DNA of 64,000 nucleotides from Omnitrophica bacterium GWA2_41_15 (GCA_919902105.1 CAKKQO010000017.1:3305-67304); one strand, 5' to 3'; shown: positions 33,612 to 42,641, numbered from the stretch's first letter. The notes: generated from the sequence alone by a model not told the origin. Numbers and translations: made by a program.

Positions 33612-35099
33612 ATGATTGATACAAGGTTTAATCTAACCGACACAATCGCGGCGATGGGGACGGGGCTAGGGGAAGCCGGTATCGGAATTGTGCGCATTAG
33701 TGGAAAAGATGCGCTAAAGATTGCCGATAAGATTTTTGTTGGTAAAGACGGTAACAAACCGTCGCAATTTAAAACATATACGCTGCATTATGGGTGGATT
33801 GTGAATAGTCCACAGTCCATAGTCCGTAGTCCACAGAAAAAAAAGAAGAAACTACCGACTACCGACTACCGACTACCGACTAATATTATCGATGAAGTGC
33901 TTTTGACGGTAATGCGCGCGCCCAAGAGTTATACTAAGGAAGATGTAGTGGAGATAAATTGCCATGGAGGGATTGTGGCAATGCGGGCGGTATTAGATTT
34001 GGTTTTGGCGAATGGGGCGCGCCTTGCCTCTGGCGGTGAATTTACCAAGCGTGCCTTTTTAAACGGAAGGATTGATTTAAATCAGGCAGAGGCAGTTCTG
34101 GATATAATTCGCGCCAAAACAGATAGTGCGCTTAAAATAGGGACAGAGCAGTTAAGAGGGATATTGTCTTTGCAAATAAATAAACTGCATAAGGATTTGT
34201 TAGGCGTACTTACGATATTAGAAGCAAATATTGATTTTCCCGATGAAGAAATTGGCGCGGTTAATTTAAAAGAGGTTAATAAAAAGCTCAAGACCACAAA
34301 GAATAAACTAAAAGATATTGTAGATTTGGCAAAGCGCGGGCAAGTGCTGCGCGATGGTATTGGCGCGGTTATCTGCGGCAGGCCCAATGTGGGCAAATCC
34401 TCGCTTTTGAATGCGCTCTTAAGAAGGGAGCGCTCTATCGTTAGCCCGGTTGCCGGCACTACCCGTGACACAATAGAGGAAATTATCGATATAAAAGGCA
34501 TTCCAATTAGGATTGTAGATACTGCAGGAATTATTGAGCCGCGGGATTTAGTGGAAAAAAAGGCGGTTTCGCGCTCTAAGCGCGTTATTGATCTGGCGGA
34601 TTTGGTGATTTTGCTTTTTGACGGCAGCCAAAAATTAAACAAAGAAGATAGTGCGCTGATTAAAAAATTTCCTCCGAAGGCGGATCCGCCTTCGGAGGAA
34701 AGCAAAAAGCAAGTTATCGCGGTTATAAATAAAATAGACCTAAGGCAAAAAATAAAAAAAGAGAAACTAAATAAAGTATTTGAATGTGTAATTGAGCTTT
34801 CAGCGAAGAAAATAAAGAATATAAATTTATTAGAAGATGCGATTGCGGGTTTGGTGTTTGGCGGAAAAATCAATAAATCCGAGTCTCTACTGGTGAGTAA
34901 TTTAAGGCATATTGAGTTGCTTAGGGGAGCGCAAAAAACTCTTGGCCAGGCCTGCGATTCGCTGGATAATAAAGTGTCTCTTGAATTCATTGCCCAGGAT
35001 ATTAAGGCGGCCTTAGGTTATTTTGATGATATTTTAGGTAAGAAATTTTCCGAAGACCTATTGGATAAGATATTTGGGGAGTTTTGTATCGGTAAATGA
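33612..35099 (+). CDS. mnmE: tRNA modification GTPase MnmE with in-frame repeat inserts
   Basis: 495 aa. DTIAA..T, SYTKEDVVEINCHGG, GRPNVGKSSLLNAL, VAGTTRD, DTAG, C-terminal FCIGK. Confidence 0.85.
   Translation: MIDTRFNLTDTIAAMGTGLGEAGIGIVRISGKDALKIADKIFVGKDGNKPSQFKTYTLHYGWIVNSPQSIVRSPQKKKKKLPTTDYRLPTNIIDEVLLTVMRAPKSYTKEDVVEINCHGGIVAMRAVLDLVLANGARLASGGEFTKRAFLNGRIDLNQAEAVLDIIRAKTDSALKIGTEQLRGILSLQINKLHKDLLGVLTILEANIDFPDEEIGAVNLKEVNKKLKTTKNKLKDIVDLAKRGQVLRDGIGAVICGRPNVGKSSLLNALLRRERSIVSPVAGTTRDTIEEIIDIKGIPIRIVDTAGIIEPRDLVEKKAVSRSKRVIDLADLVILLFDGSQKLNKEDSALIKKFPPKADPPSEESKKQVIAVINKIDLRQKIKKEKLNKVFECVIELSAKKIKNINLLEDAIAGLVFGGKINKSESLLVSNLRHIELLRGAQKTLGQACDSLDNKVSLEFIAQDIKAALGYFDDILGKKFSEDLLDKIFGEFCIGK
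33806..33880 (+). repeat. Two heptanucleotide arrays joined by an A-run inside mnmE (TAGTCCA-type x4, ACTACCG x4)
   Basis: TAGTCCA CAGTCCA TAGTCCG TAGTCCA (33806-33833), A-rich linker, ACTACCG x4 (33851-33878). Translated as SPQSIVRSPQKKKKKLPTTDYRLPTN. Confidence 0.9.
34668..34701. repeat. Perfect 34-bp GC-rich palindrome inside mnmE
   Basis: TTTCCTCCGAAGGCGGATCCGCCTTCGGAGGAAA. Translated as FPPKADPPSEE. Confidence 0.9.
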
Positions 35100-35204
35100 A
35101 GACATAACTTATGGAGCGATAGCGAACATAAGTTATCTGTCTGAATTTATCCCGAAGCGTGTGCAGGAAATTTCAAAGAAATTTCCAAACGCTTACGCAA
35201 GGGA
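35095..35204 (-). repeat. BH family copy F, stop-codon-abutting orientation
   Basis: AAATGAA (the TGA is the mnmE stop) + GACATAACTTATG...CATAAGTTATCTGTC + TGAATTT + ATCCCGAAGCGT[GGAAATTTC-aaa-GAAATTTCC]ACGCTT..GGGA. Confidence 0.7.
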
Positions 35205-35216
35205 AAATGAGGGTTT

Positions 35217-35777
35217 ATGGATAAAAAGAAAATAGAAAAAGCGGTAAGGGATATATTAGAGGCGATAGGGGAGGACCCAAAGAGAAAAGATTTAGAGGAG
35301 ACGCCGCGGCGGGTAGCTGAGATGTATGAGGAGATATTCTCCGGTATTAAGCAAAATGCCGAGAAGGAATTAGAGGTTATTTTAGAGCAGAAGCATGAGG
35401 AAATCGTGCTTTTAAAGAATATCCCGCTTTATTCCGTGTGCGAGCATCACCTTTTGCCTTTTATCGGAAAGGCGCACGTTGCCTATATTCCTAAGCAGGG
35501 CAGGGTTACCGGCTTAAGTAAGCTTGCGCGGGTGGTAGATATCCTATCCAAGCGGCCGCAGGTGCAGGAGCGCCTGACTACCCAGATTGCCGAGATAATT
35601 ATGCATAAGCTAAAACCTCAAGGGTGTATGGTAGTCATTGAGGCAGAGCATTTATGTATGACCTTTAGGGGAGTGAAGAAGCCCGGAGTGCTTACGGTTA
35701 CTTCCGCAGTGCGAGGCGTTTTCAAGGAAAACCAAAAAACCAGGGCCGAAACCCTGGCTTTGATTAACGCTAGATAA
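35217..35777 (+). CDS. folE: GTP cyclohydrolase I
   Basis: 186 aa. [29 protein letters not shown] blocks. Confidence 0.9.
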   Translation: MDKKKIEKAVRDILEAIGEDPKRKDLEETPRRVAEMYEEIFSGIKQNAEKELEVILEQKHEEIVLLKNIPLYSVCEHHLLPFIGKAHVAYIPKQGRVTGLSKLARVVDILSKRPQVQERLTTQIAEIIMHKLKPQGCMVVIEAEHLCMTFRGVKKPGVLTVTSAVRGVFKENQKTRAETLALINAR

Positions 35778-35782
35778 TAAAA

Positions 35783-35813
35783 AACCCGCGCCAGATTCAC
35801 TTCGGCGCGGGTT
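35783..35813 (+). terminator. Terminator-like hairpin after folE
   Basis: AACCCGCGCC-agattcacttc-GGCGCGGGTT. A-run upstream and a weak T-run downstream. Confidence 0.55.
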
Positions 35814-35972
35814 AAATGTTTATTATTCTGTTAACAGCCACACGGTTTTTAGGTCCTCTTTACAGCTTTGGCAGGTTGCTTCATCTAACTTTAACTCCGG
35901 CAGTTTTTTATGTAACTTGTTGATTAGCAAATAGTTAAGTAAATAAACACTTAAAAGACGGAAATAGCGCGA

Positions 35973-36018
35973 ATATATATATATATATATTGACAAAAAT
36001 ACCCCTAACTACTACAAT
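35973..36018 (+). promoter_or_regulatory. (AT)9 tract + promoter TTGACA-17-TACAAT giving a probably leaderless transcript
   Basis: (AT)9 35973-35990, TTGACA 35990-35995, TACAAT 36013-36018, ATG at 36024 (5 nt after the -10, no SD). Confidence 0.6.
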
Positions 36019-36023
36019 AAATC

Positions 36024-36368
36024 ATGGAGCATTCTAAAATACAATTAGCCGACAAACAAGCCGACGGCTATTGTATTAACTTACGCCCTTCCTCTAAAGG
36101 TATAAGGAAGGCGTATCCTACTGGATTAGGCGCGGTTAATTTAGTCTTTATGGTTACGAATAAGGGAATGTTAGGGTGCGGCGCCTTTAATGTAGCGGTG
36201 CTGGATAAATTTAACTACCCTACCGCTGTTGTGCGTTCAACTTCCGGCTCGCCTATTGCAACCATTGACGAACTTCTCTCTGGCGTAGTCAAAGAGGCAA
36301 ATGCCTCTGCCATCAAACTTGGCGTAAAAGCCGGTATGCCGGCTAAAAATGCCTTGGAAAAATTATAA
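36024..36368 (+). CDS. DUF1805 (YunC-like) family protein
   Basis: 114 aa. NLVFMVTNKGMLGCGAF pattern resembles DUF1805. Tentative. Confidence 0.5.
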   Translation: MEHSKIQLADKQADGYCINLRPSSKGIRKAYPTGLGAVNLVFMVTNKGMLGCGAFNVAVLDKFNYPTAVVRSTSGSPIATIDELLSGVVKEANASAIKLGVKAGMPAKNALEKL

Positions 36369-36371
36369 CCT

Positions 36372-36902
36372 ATGCGGATATTTAAAATTATAATTATTCC
36401 CCTATTTATTTTTTCTTCTGTTTATCTCCATGCCCTCTATGCCGAGGAAGACAGGGCGCTTTATACGCAGGCAATGAGGGCGGTAAAAGAGAAAAATTTT
36501 AATTCTGCCTTTATGGATTTTAAGATTTTTTTAGAAGAAAACCCGGAATCGAAACTGGCGGAAGGCGCACTTTTTGCTGTCGCCGAATATTATTTTGAAA
36601 ATTCAGATTATTATGACGCTTTTTATGCATTTAATCGTTTTCTTAAAGAACATCCGCAGTCAAAAGCAAGGATTTTTGCGCTTGTTTATCTTTCAGAGAT
36701 TGCCCGTAAGCAGAATAACCAAGAGCTCGCAGAAAAATTAGAAAAGGCCATCATTTCCTCAGAGCAAATAGCCCTCTTATTCCGTGAGTCTAAGGAGTTC
36801 CGCTTCCGCTCGCCTTTTTTAAAGAAATACCTGGCCGTTTATTTTATAGACCGGGTAGAATTTTATATCGATGGCACGCCCTTTGCGCAAATACATTATT
36901 AG
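36372..36902 (+). CDS. Secreted TPR-repeat protein (YbgF/BamD-like, tentative)
   Basis: 176 aa. Signal peptide, then two or three TPR-like repeats (AEGALFAVAEYYFENSDYYDAFYAFNRFLKEHP). Confidence 0.45.
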   Translation: MRIFKIIIIPLFIFSSVYLHALYAEEDRALYTQAMRAVKEKNFNSAFMDFKIFLEENPESKLAEGALFAVAEYYFENSDYYDAFYAFNRFLKEHPQSKARIFALVYLSEIARKQNNQELAEKLEKAIISSEQIALLFRESKEFRFRSPFLKKYLAVYFIDRVEFYIDGTPFAQIHY

Positions 36903-38871
36903 GTTTTTATTATCCGTAGTTTTCCTTTTCCTGATTGCCTCAGTTGCTTTTAATAGAATAAATAATTTCTTAGAAGATAAAAAGAGAGATATAGAAAATG
37001 CGGTTTCCTCATATCTTAATTGCCAGGCTAAAATTGACGACATAAAATATATATTCCCCGCCTCCCTGCGTATTAATAATTTCCATATTCTCCAAAACAA
37101 TTATTTTAAAAAAAAGCAAGTTCTTTACTTCAAAAAAGTAAAGCTCACATTTTCAATTCTTGCCGTGGCTAGCCGAAGCAATGCATTCATCAGCCGTGTC
37201 AACGTAGAAGACGCCTCTTTTGATTATGCAGAATGTTTTTCCTTAGCTAAAGAACATTATGCAGACATCGTTAGTTTTATAAGCAGCCTTCCCAAGGATG
37301 CTGTTTTTTCATTATTATTTAAAGAGGCCTCCTTAACTTTTTCATCAAAGGATAGTTGTAGTCTATCCTTTGGTTTAAAAATAAAAAGGGGCACATTCTT
37401 TAGTTGCGGGTTGATTAAAATCGGCCCTCTAAAAGAGCATGGTTTAAATCTTTGGCGGTATAACCTTAAGGGCTATCTTACTAACGAGGGCTTAGCCATA
37501 GATAATTTGGAAATAAGGCGAAAAAATTTCTATTCACTGATCCGGGGAGTGGCAGAAGATAATGCGTTGCGTTTTAATGGCTTTTTGTCTTTAAGCAGCC
37601 ATTGGAAAGAGCTCGCGGAAAATTTTGAAGATTTTAATATTCCCCATGCTCTTAATTCATTGATAAAACGAAAAAAGACCGAATACGAATATATAATCAG
37701 GAATACAATTAGCGGGTTGAATTTATATGAATTAAGCGCAACGGTAAAGTTTAATTTGCCGCAGATAGATATTGAGAGGTCAAGGTTTATATTAAATAAC
37801 GTTCCAATCTCTTTGCAGGGGAAGGTTGTTTTTGGGCCTAAGATTTCAGTTGATGCCAGCGCAAATAGTTATCCAGATAAATCACCTGATGAGCGCCAAA
37901 AGAATCCGTTAAGTTTTGATTTATCAATAATGGGCAGGTTAGAAAAGTCTGAGTTTAACGGCGAAATGGGTTTGAATTTCAGCCGAAACATAAAAAATAA
38001 AATTGTGCAGCAAAAATTAAATTTACGCCTTAGTGATGCCTATTTTGATTTAAGCTGTCCGGAATACTTAAAGATTGATGCAGGTGAGATGAAAACAGAA
38101 TACCACTCAGGAGAAAACCAGCATAAAATTTTGCTTAGAGACGCAAATATTTTATTCTTCGTCAAAGATAATTTTCTGCGTTTAGTCAATTTAAATTGTA
38201 AAGTATACGACGGAAATCTATCGGGCACCGGCCAGATTAATCTGGCAAATATGCCTCCTAAATGCGATTTTAATTTTCTCATAAGCAATGCAGGCGCCGG
38301 AAAATTTAAAGATTTATTAGAGTATTTTTCAAAAGTGGAAGGCACATTAGAGAGCAGCATTCGTTATAAAAATTACCCGTATTCGACTTTAAGCGGAAGA
38401 ATGGATATCTCTAACGGATACTTAAATAATTTCGAGTTTTTTAAATGGCTGGCAGATTTTTTTGTGCTTCCGTCATTAAGGCGCATAGATTTTGATAAAG
38501 TTTCATTTGATTTTTTCGTAAATGGTGATGCAGCAAAAATGGAGAATATTAAATTAGTTGCTAAGGACGTTGCGGCAGGCGGTTATTTCGGAATTTATAG
38601 CGGCGATTTAGTTAAAAGCGCCGTCTCCCTAACTTTATCTAAGGATATTGTAAATCAATCCGAAAAACTTAAACCTTTAATTCGGCTTTTAAGGGAAAAT
38701 TTTACGAGTCTGGACTTTGATTTTCAGCTTTCGGGAATATTTAAGGCGATGAATTTTCAGTGGTTAAAATCTGATTTTAAGAATAAAGTCCAGGATGCCC
38801 TGCCCGGTTTTATCGAAAGAGGTATTGAGAGAAAAGTAGAAGAGGCAATAGAAGCTATTGGCGAGGAGTGA
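36871..38871 (+). CDS. Large membrane-anchored hypothetical protein (AsmA-like, tentative)
   Basis: 666-aa ORF with an N-terminal TM helix and beta-rich repetitive body. No catalytic motif. Confidence 0.35.
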   Translation: MARPLRKYIIRFLLSVVFLFLIASVAFNRINNFLEDKKRDIENAVSSYLNCQAKIDDIKYIFPASLRINNFHILQNNYFKKKQVLYFKKVKLTFSILAVASRSNAFISRVNVEDASFDYAECFSLAKEHYADIVSFISSLPKDAVFSLLFKEASLTFSSKDSCSLSFGLKIKRGTFFSCGLIKIGPLKEHGLNLWRYNLKGYLTNEGLAIDNLEIRRKNFYSLIRGVAEDNALRFNGFLSLSSHWKELAENFEDFNIPHALNSLIKRKKTEYEYIIRNTISGLNLYELSATVKFNLPQIDIERSRFILNNVPISLQGKVVFGPKISVDASANSYPDKSPDERQKNPLSFDLSIMGRLEKSEFNGEMGLNFSRNIKNKIVQQKLNLRLSDAYFDLSCPEYLKIDAGEMKTEYHSGENQHKILLRDANILFFVKDNFLRLVNLNCKVYDGNLSGTGQINLANMPPKCDFNFLISNAGAGKFKDLLEYFSKVEGTLESSIRYKNYPYSTLSGRMDISNGYLNNFEFFKWLADFFVLPSLRRIDFDKVSFDFFVNGDAAKMENIKLVAKDVAAGGYFGIYSGDLVKSAVSLTLSKDIVNQSEKLKPLIRLLRENFTSLDFDFQLSGIFKAMNFQWLKSDFKNKVQDALPGFIERGIERKVEEAIEAIGEE

Positions 38872-38877
38872 ATTTAA

Positions 38878-40443
38878 ATGTTGGCAAAGGTATTTTCTTC
38901 TTGTGTTTTTGGTTTAGAGGTCTATCCAATAGATATTGAAGTAGATATTGCGCAAGGGCTGCCGTCAGTAACGGTGGTCGGGCTTCCGGATACGGCAGTT
39001 AAGGAAAGCAAAGACCGCGTCAAATCCGCTATAAAAAATTCCGGCTACCATTATCCAGCAGAACGCATTACCGTTAATCTTGCTCCCGCAGATATAAAAA
39101 AAGAAGGCCCTTGTTTTGATTTGCCCATTGCTTTAGGGGTATTAGCCGCTTCTGGGCAGCTCAATAATGAGAAACTAAACGAGTATGTTATCTTAGGCGA
39201 ACTTGCTTTAGAGGGAAAAGTAAGGCCGATAAAGGGGGCGTTGCCTGTCGCCCTAAGCCTTAGGAAAAATAAAAAAAGAAAATTCCTTCTGCCGCAAGAA
39301 AATGCTCAAGAAGCAGCGGCAGTTACGGATATAGAAGTTTATGCAATAGAGAATTTAGCCCAGGCAGTGGGTTTTATCAGCGGCGATGTTAATCTTTCGG
39401 CTTATAAGGTAGACCTAAAGGCATTATTAGAAGGGGCCGTAAGATATGATGTGGATTTTTGCGATGTCAAGGGCCAGATTTTAGTAAAGAGGGCTTTAGA
39501 AATTGCCGCAAGCGGCGCCCACAACATCCTAATGATTGGTCCGCCCGGTGCGGGCAAGACTATGTTGGCGAAAAGGTTTACCTCTATACTTCCGGATATG
39601 ACATTTGAGGAGATATTAGAGGTAACCAAGCTTTATAGTGTCAGCGGCCTGCTTTGCGCTCATCAGGCTTTGGTGGTAACACGTCCATATCGCTCCCCGC
39701 ATCATACGGCAAGCGACATCGCCCTTGTCGGCGGGGGAACTTTCGCCCGCCCCGGAGAAATAAGCCTGGCTCATAACGGAGTGTTATTCCTGGATGAATT
39801 GCCGGAGTTCCATCGCGATGTATTAGAGGTATTGAGGCAGCCCTTAGAAGACGGTTATATTAATATCTCACGTATTGCTAAATCAACGCGTTATCCCAGC
39901 CGTTTTTTATTGATAGCGGCGATGAACCCCTGCCCCTGCGGCTATTTTGGCGGCGGCTCGCATTCCCGGAGTTGTCATTGCAGCCCCGCGTCAATTCAGC
40001 GCTACCGGGCTAAAATCTCAGGGCCTCTGTTAGATAGGATTGATATACATATTGAAGTCCCGGTATTAAAATCAGAGGTGTTAATGGGAGAGGCCAGAGC
40101 CGAGACCTCAAAACAAGTTAAACAAAGGGTAAATAAAGCAAGGAAAATCCAGCTTGAAAGATTTTCCGCTGAAGGCGCAGGCGTTGGCGGAAAAAATGAG
40201 AGCACTTTCTTTAACTCTCAGATGAATCATAAGCAGATTAAGAAATATTGCGCATTAGGCAAAGAGGCAGAGGAATTATTGAAAGCAGCCATAAATGAGC
40301 TAGGATTTAGCGCCCGGGCATATGATAAGATATTGAAAGTTTCAAGGACCATAGCGGATTTAGCCGATTCAGGCGAAATCCTTGCTGAGCATGTATCGGA
40401 GGCAATACAATACCGCTCTCTGGATAGGCAGTTATGGGTCTAA
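38878..40443 (+). CDS. YifB/ComM-family Mg-chelatase-like AAA+ ATPase
   Basis: 521 aa. Lon-like N-domain, Walker A GPPGAGKTMLA, LFLDELPEF, CPCGY zinc motif, C-terminal ARAYDKILKVSRTIADL. Confidence 0.85.
   Translation: MLAKVFSSCVFGLEVYPIDIEVDIAQGLPSVTVVGLPDTAVKESKDRVKSAIKNSGYHYPAERITVNLAPADIKKEGPCFDLPIALGVLAASGQLNNEKLNEYVILGELALEGKVRPIKGALPVALSLRKNKKRKFLLPQENAQEAAAVTDIEVYAIENLAQAVGFISGDVNLSAYKVDLKALLEGAVRYDVDFCDVKGQILVKRALEIAASGAHNILMIGPPGAGKTMLAKRFTSILPDMTFEEILEVTKLYSVSGLLCAHQALVVTRPYRSPHHTASDIALVGGGTFARPGEISLAHNGVLFLDELPEFHRDVLEVLRQPLEDGYINISRIAKSTRYPSRFLLIAAMNPCPCGYFGGGSHSRSCHCSPASIQRYRAKISGPLLDRIDIHIEVPVLKSEVLMGEARAETSKQVKQRVNKARKIQLERFSAEGAGVGGKNESTFFNSQMNHKQIKKYCALGKEAEELLKAAINELGFSARAYDKILKVSRTIADLADSGEILAEHVSEAIQYRSLDRQLWV
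40163..40194 (+). repeat. GC-rich hairpin of the TTTCCGC...GCGGAAA family inside the ComM-like gene
   Basis: TTTTCCGC-tgaaggcgcaggcgttg-GCGGAAAA. Translated as FSAEGAGVGGKN. Confidence 0.6.
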
Positions 40444-40497
40444 TTTTCTTGCTTTTTTGTGATTTTATAATATAATAAGGTTAATTTGAAGTGAGAA

Positions 40498-41130
40498 ATG
40501 GCGGAAATTGGGAGGGCGAGCAAAATGAAAGGGAAGACGGAAATATTTGTTTTAATCATAATCTTCCTCTGCGGCTTGGCAGGCTTTTCTTTATATAAGT
40601 ACGCAGGGATAAATATAGATTTAGGCCGCGAGAAGAAGCAGTTGATAGAGTTAGAAGCAAGAAATAATGCAATAACTCAAGAATTAGGAGAACAGAAAGT
40701 GCGCCTTAGCCAAGTAAACGAGGAGAAGAAAAACCTTGAAGAAGAAGTAACTCTCGGCAGGCAAAATTTAGGCCAGCTGAAGCTAGAATTAGCGGATAGC
40801 CGCAAGTCACTGGCAAGTTTACAAAGGACGGTCGAAGAATTAACTGCCGTTAATCAGAATTTAAATCAGGAACAGGCTGCTCTAAAGGCAAAAATCGAAG
40901 AATTAACCAGCCGAAAAAATACTTTAGAGGCGAAGATAAGTTCTGTAGAAGAACTTAAACAGATGTTGAAAGATTTAATAAAGTCAAAAAGAACCCAGCG
41001 CCACAGGAAGGCGAGAGCAAAGATAAACACAGAACAAGAATCAAAAGATAAAAACCATGGTTATATCATTTATCAGGGAAAACCTACCTTTAAGCCTAAG
41101 ATTTCTATACAGGTAAGACCCGTCCTTTAA
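40498..41130 (+). CDS. Membrane-anchored coiled-coil protein
   Basis: 210 aa. One TM helix, then a long heptad-rich segment (LEEEV..LKLELADSRKSLASLQ..). The start could be ATG 40525. Confidence 0.4.
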   Translation: MAEIGRASKMKGKTEIFVLIIIFLCGLAGFSLYKYAGINIDLGREKKQLIELEARNNAITQELGEQKVRLSQVNEEKKNLEEEVTLGRQNLGQLKLELADSRKSLASLQRTVEELTAVNQNLNQEQAALKAKIEELTSRKNTLEAKISSVEELKQMLKDLIKSKRTQRHRKARAKINTEQESKDKNHGYIIYQGKPTFKPKISIQVRPVL

Positions 41131-41216
41131 AGGTATCAGGACGGTCTACCCTTGTAGGGTAAGACCCGTCCTTTAAAGGTATCAGGACGGTCTACCCTTG
41201 TAGGGTAATACCCGCC
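41112..41216 (+). repeat. 46-nt tandem duplication (2.3 copies) spanning the gene end; each unit forms a hairpin
   Basis: GGTAAGACCCGTCCTTTAAAGGTATCAGGACGGTCTACCCTTGTAG at 41112 and 41158, with a partial third copy. Contains AGACC(C)GTCCT/AGGACGGTCT and TACCC/GGGTA stems and a GTAG motif. Confidence 0.85.
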
Positions 41217-41234
41217 CAATAAAAAGGATAAACA

Positions 41235-41684
41235 GTGCAGGAATTTTTTACCGCTGTCTTTAACAATAAGGTGTTAGTTACAACTATCTGGGGATGGTTT
41301 ATCGCCCAGAGTATTAAGGTTTTTATCGGCGTTATTGTAAAAAGGAAATTTGATTTCCGCTGGTTCGTAGGCACAGGAGGAATGCCTTCTGCCCATGCTT
41401 CAGGGGCAAGCGCTTTAGCTACGGCTACCGGTATGCATTTTGGTTTCGATTCGCCTTTATTTGCTTTAGCGGTGATGTTTGCCTTGGTGACAATGTTTGA
41501 TGCCCAAGGGGTAAGGCGTTCTACTGGCAAGCAGGCAGAGATTCTTAATAAAATAATGGAAGACCACTGGTCAGGCAAAGCAGGAGAAGATAGGCTCAAG
41601 GAACTTATTGGGCATACGCCGTTACAGGTGATCATTGGTTCTATCTTAGGGATAACTATTGCGCTTTTGATGAGTGCAAGATAA
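41235..41684 (+). CDS. Divergent PAP2 family membrane protein (DUF212)
   Basis: 149 aa. GGMPSAHAS and FDAQGVRR motifs of DUF212. GTG start. Confidence 0.7.
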   Translation: MQEFFTAVFNNKVLVTTIWGWFIAQSIKVFIGVIVKRKFDFRWFVGTGGMPSAHASGASALATATGMHFGFDSPLFALAVMFALVTMFDAQGVRRSTGKQAEILNKIMEDHWSGKAGEDRLKELIGHTPLQVIIGSILGITIALLMSAR

Positions 41685-41694
41685 TGTTTACTTT

Positions 41695-41815
41695 ATCCCG
41701 TTTCGTAAGATGCGTCAAAATTCTATTCTACAATTTTGACGCACTCAACGGGATCAATTCCGACATATAATTTACGTAAACTTTGTTTACGTAAATTATG
41801 TCGTCATTTAGGAGC
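41695..41815 (+). repeat. BH family copy D, start-codon-abutting orientation
   Basis: ATCCCGTT[GCGTCAAAATT...AATTTTGACGC]AACGGGAT, CAATTCC, GACATATAATTTACGTAAA...TTTACGTAAATTATGTC, GTCATTTAGGAGC, then ATG 41820. Confidence 0.75.
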
Positions 41816-41819
41816 AGAT

Positions 41820-42641
41820 ATGAATAAAAAATTAATTTTCATTATTTCCATCTCTATACTTATTACGGCAGGCCTTTATATACTTATAAAGAATGTTTCG
41901 TTTAAATCTAATAAATCAGCGCCTAATGCAGCATCCGCCCGTCAACTTTTTGAGTTAGCCAAGGGCCAAGAATTAAATAATGAATTGCTTCTTGCAAAAG
42001 CCACGTATCGAGAAATTATTAATAATTATCCTGATTATCGAGAAATACAAGATGTCGAGAAAAAAATAGAAGATTTGAATACAAGGATTATTTTTTTACC
42101 TACGCTTATTGCGCCTACAAGCATATTCTACTTCGTCGCACCCGGAGATAGCCTAAACAAGATTGCCAGAGAATTTAATACTACCGTCGAATTAATCTCG
42201 AAAATAAATATGCTTAAGTCTGGGATAATCCGGCCGGGAATAAAGCTTAAGATTTGGACGGGTAAGTTTAGCGTATTGGTGGATAAATCTCAGAATATAC
42301 TAATGCTTAAGTCTGATAATGAGATAATCAAGGTCTATACGGTTTCAACGGGTATAAATAACTCTACCCCGGTCGGGGCTTTTAAGATTAAGGATAGAAT
42401 TGTTAACCCTCCTTGGTTTAAGCCGGGGGCGCCTAAGCCTATTCCGGCAGGGAACCCGGAAAATATTTTGGGCACGCGCTGGCTGGGTTTTGATTTACCT
42501 AGTTATGGAATACACGGGACTATTGATCCCAAAACGCTGGGTCAGCAGGTTACTAATGGCTGCGTCAGGATGAAGAACGAAGATGTGGAGGAGCTATTCT
42601 CTTTGTTGCCGCCAGATACGGAAGTAACGATTATCGATTAA
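41820..42641 (+). CDS. LysM domain + YkuD-type L,D-transpeptidase
   Basis: ATG 41820 (MNKKLIF, TM/signal). LysM YFVAPGDSLNKIAREF. YkuD catalytic HGT...GCVRM. Confidence 0.8.
   Translation: MNKKLIFIISISILITAGLYILIKNVSFKSNKSAPNAASARQLFELAKGQELNNELLLAKATYREIINNYPDYREIQDVEKKIEDLNTRIIFLPTLIAPTSIFYFVAPGDSLNKIAREFNTTVELISKINMLKSGIIRPGIKLKIWTGKFSVLVDKSQNILMLKSDNEIIKVYTVSTGINNSTPVGAFKIKDRIVNPPWFKPGAPKPIPAGNPENILGTRWLGFDLPSYGIHGTIDPKTLGQQVTNGCVRMKNEDVEELFSLLPPDTEVTIID

Noticed and set aside
34082-34990. 302-aa ORF on the minus strand inside mnmE. Similar antisense ORFs occur at 2733-3278, 26335-26874, 41192-41635 and 57002-57475.
   Set aside because: They lie fully antisense to genes with clear family motifs. 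They are low-complexity and Ser/Ile/Phe-rich, and lack starts with an RBS. They are typical shadow ORFs of an AT-rich genome.
35973-35990. (AT)9 tract as a phase-variation switch altering promoter spacing
   Set aside because: The tract lies upstream of the -35 box, not between -35 and -10. Length changes would not alter the promoter spacer, so at most it has an UP-element-like effect.
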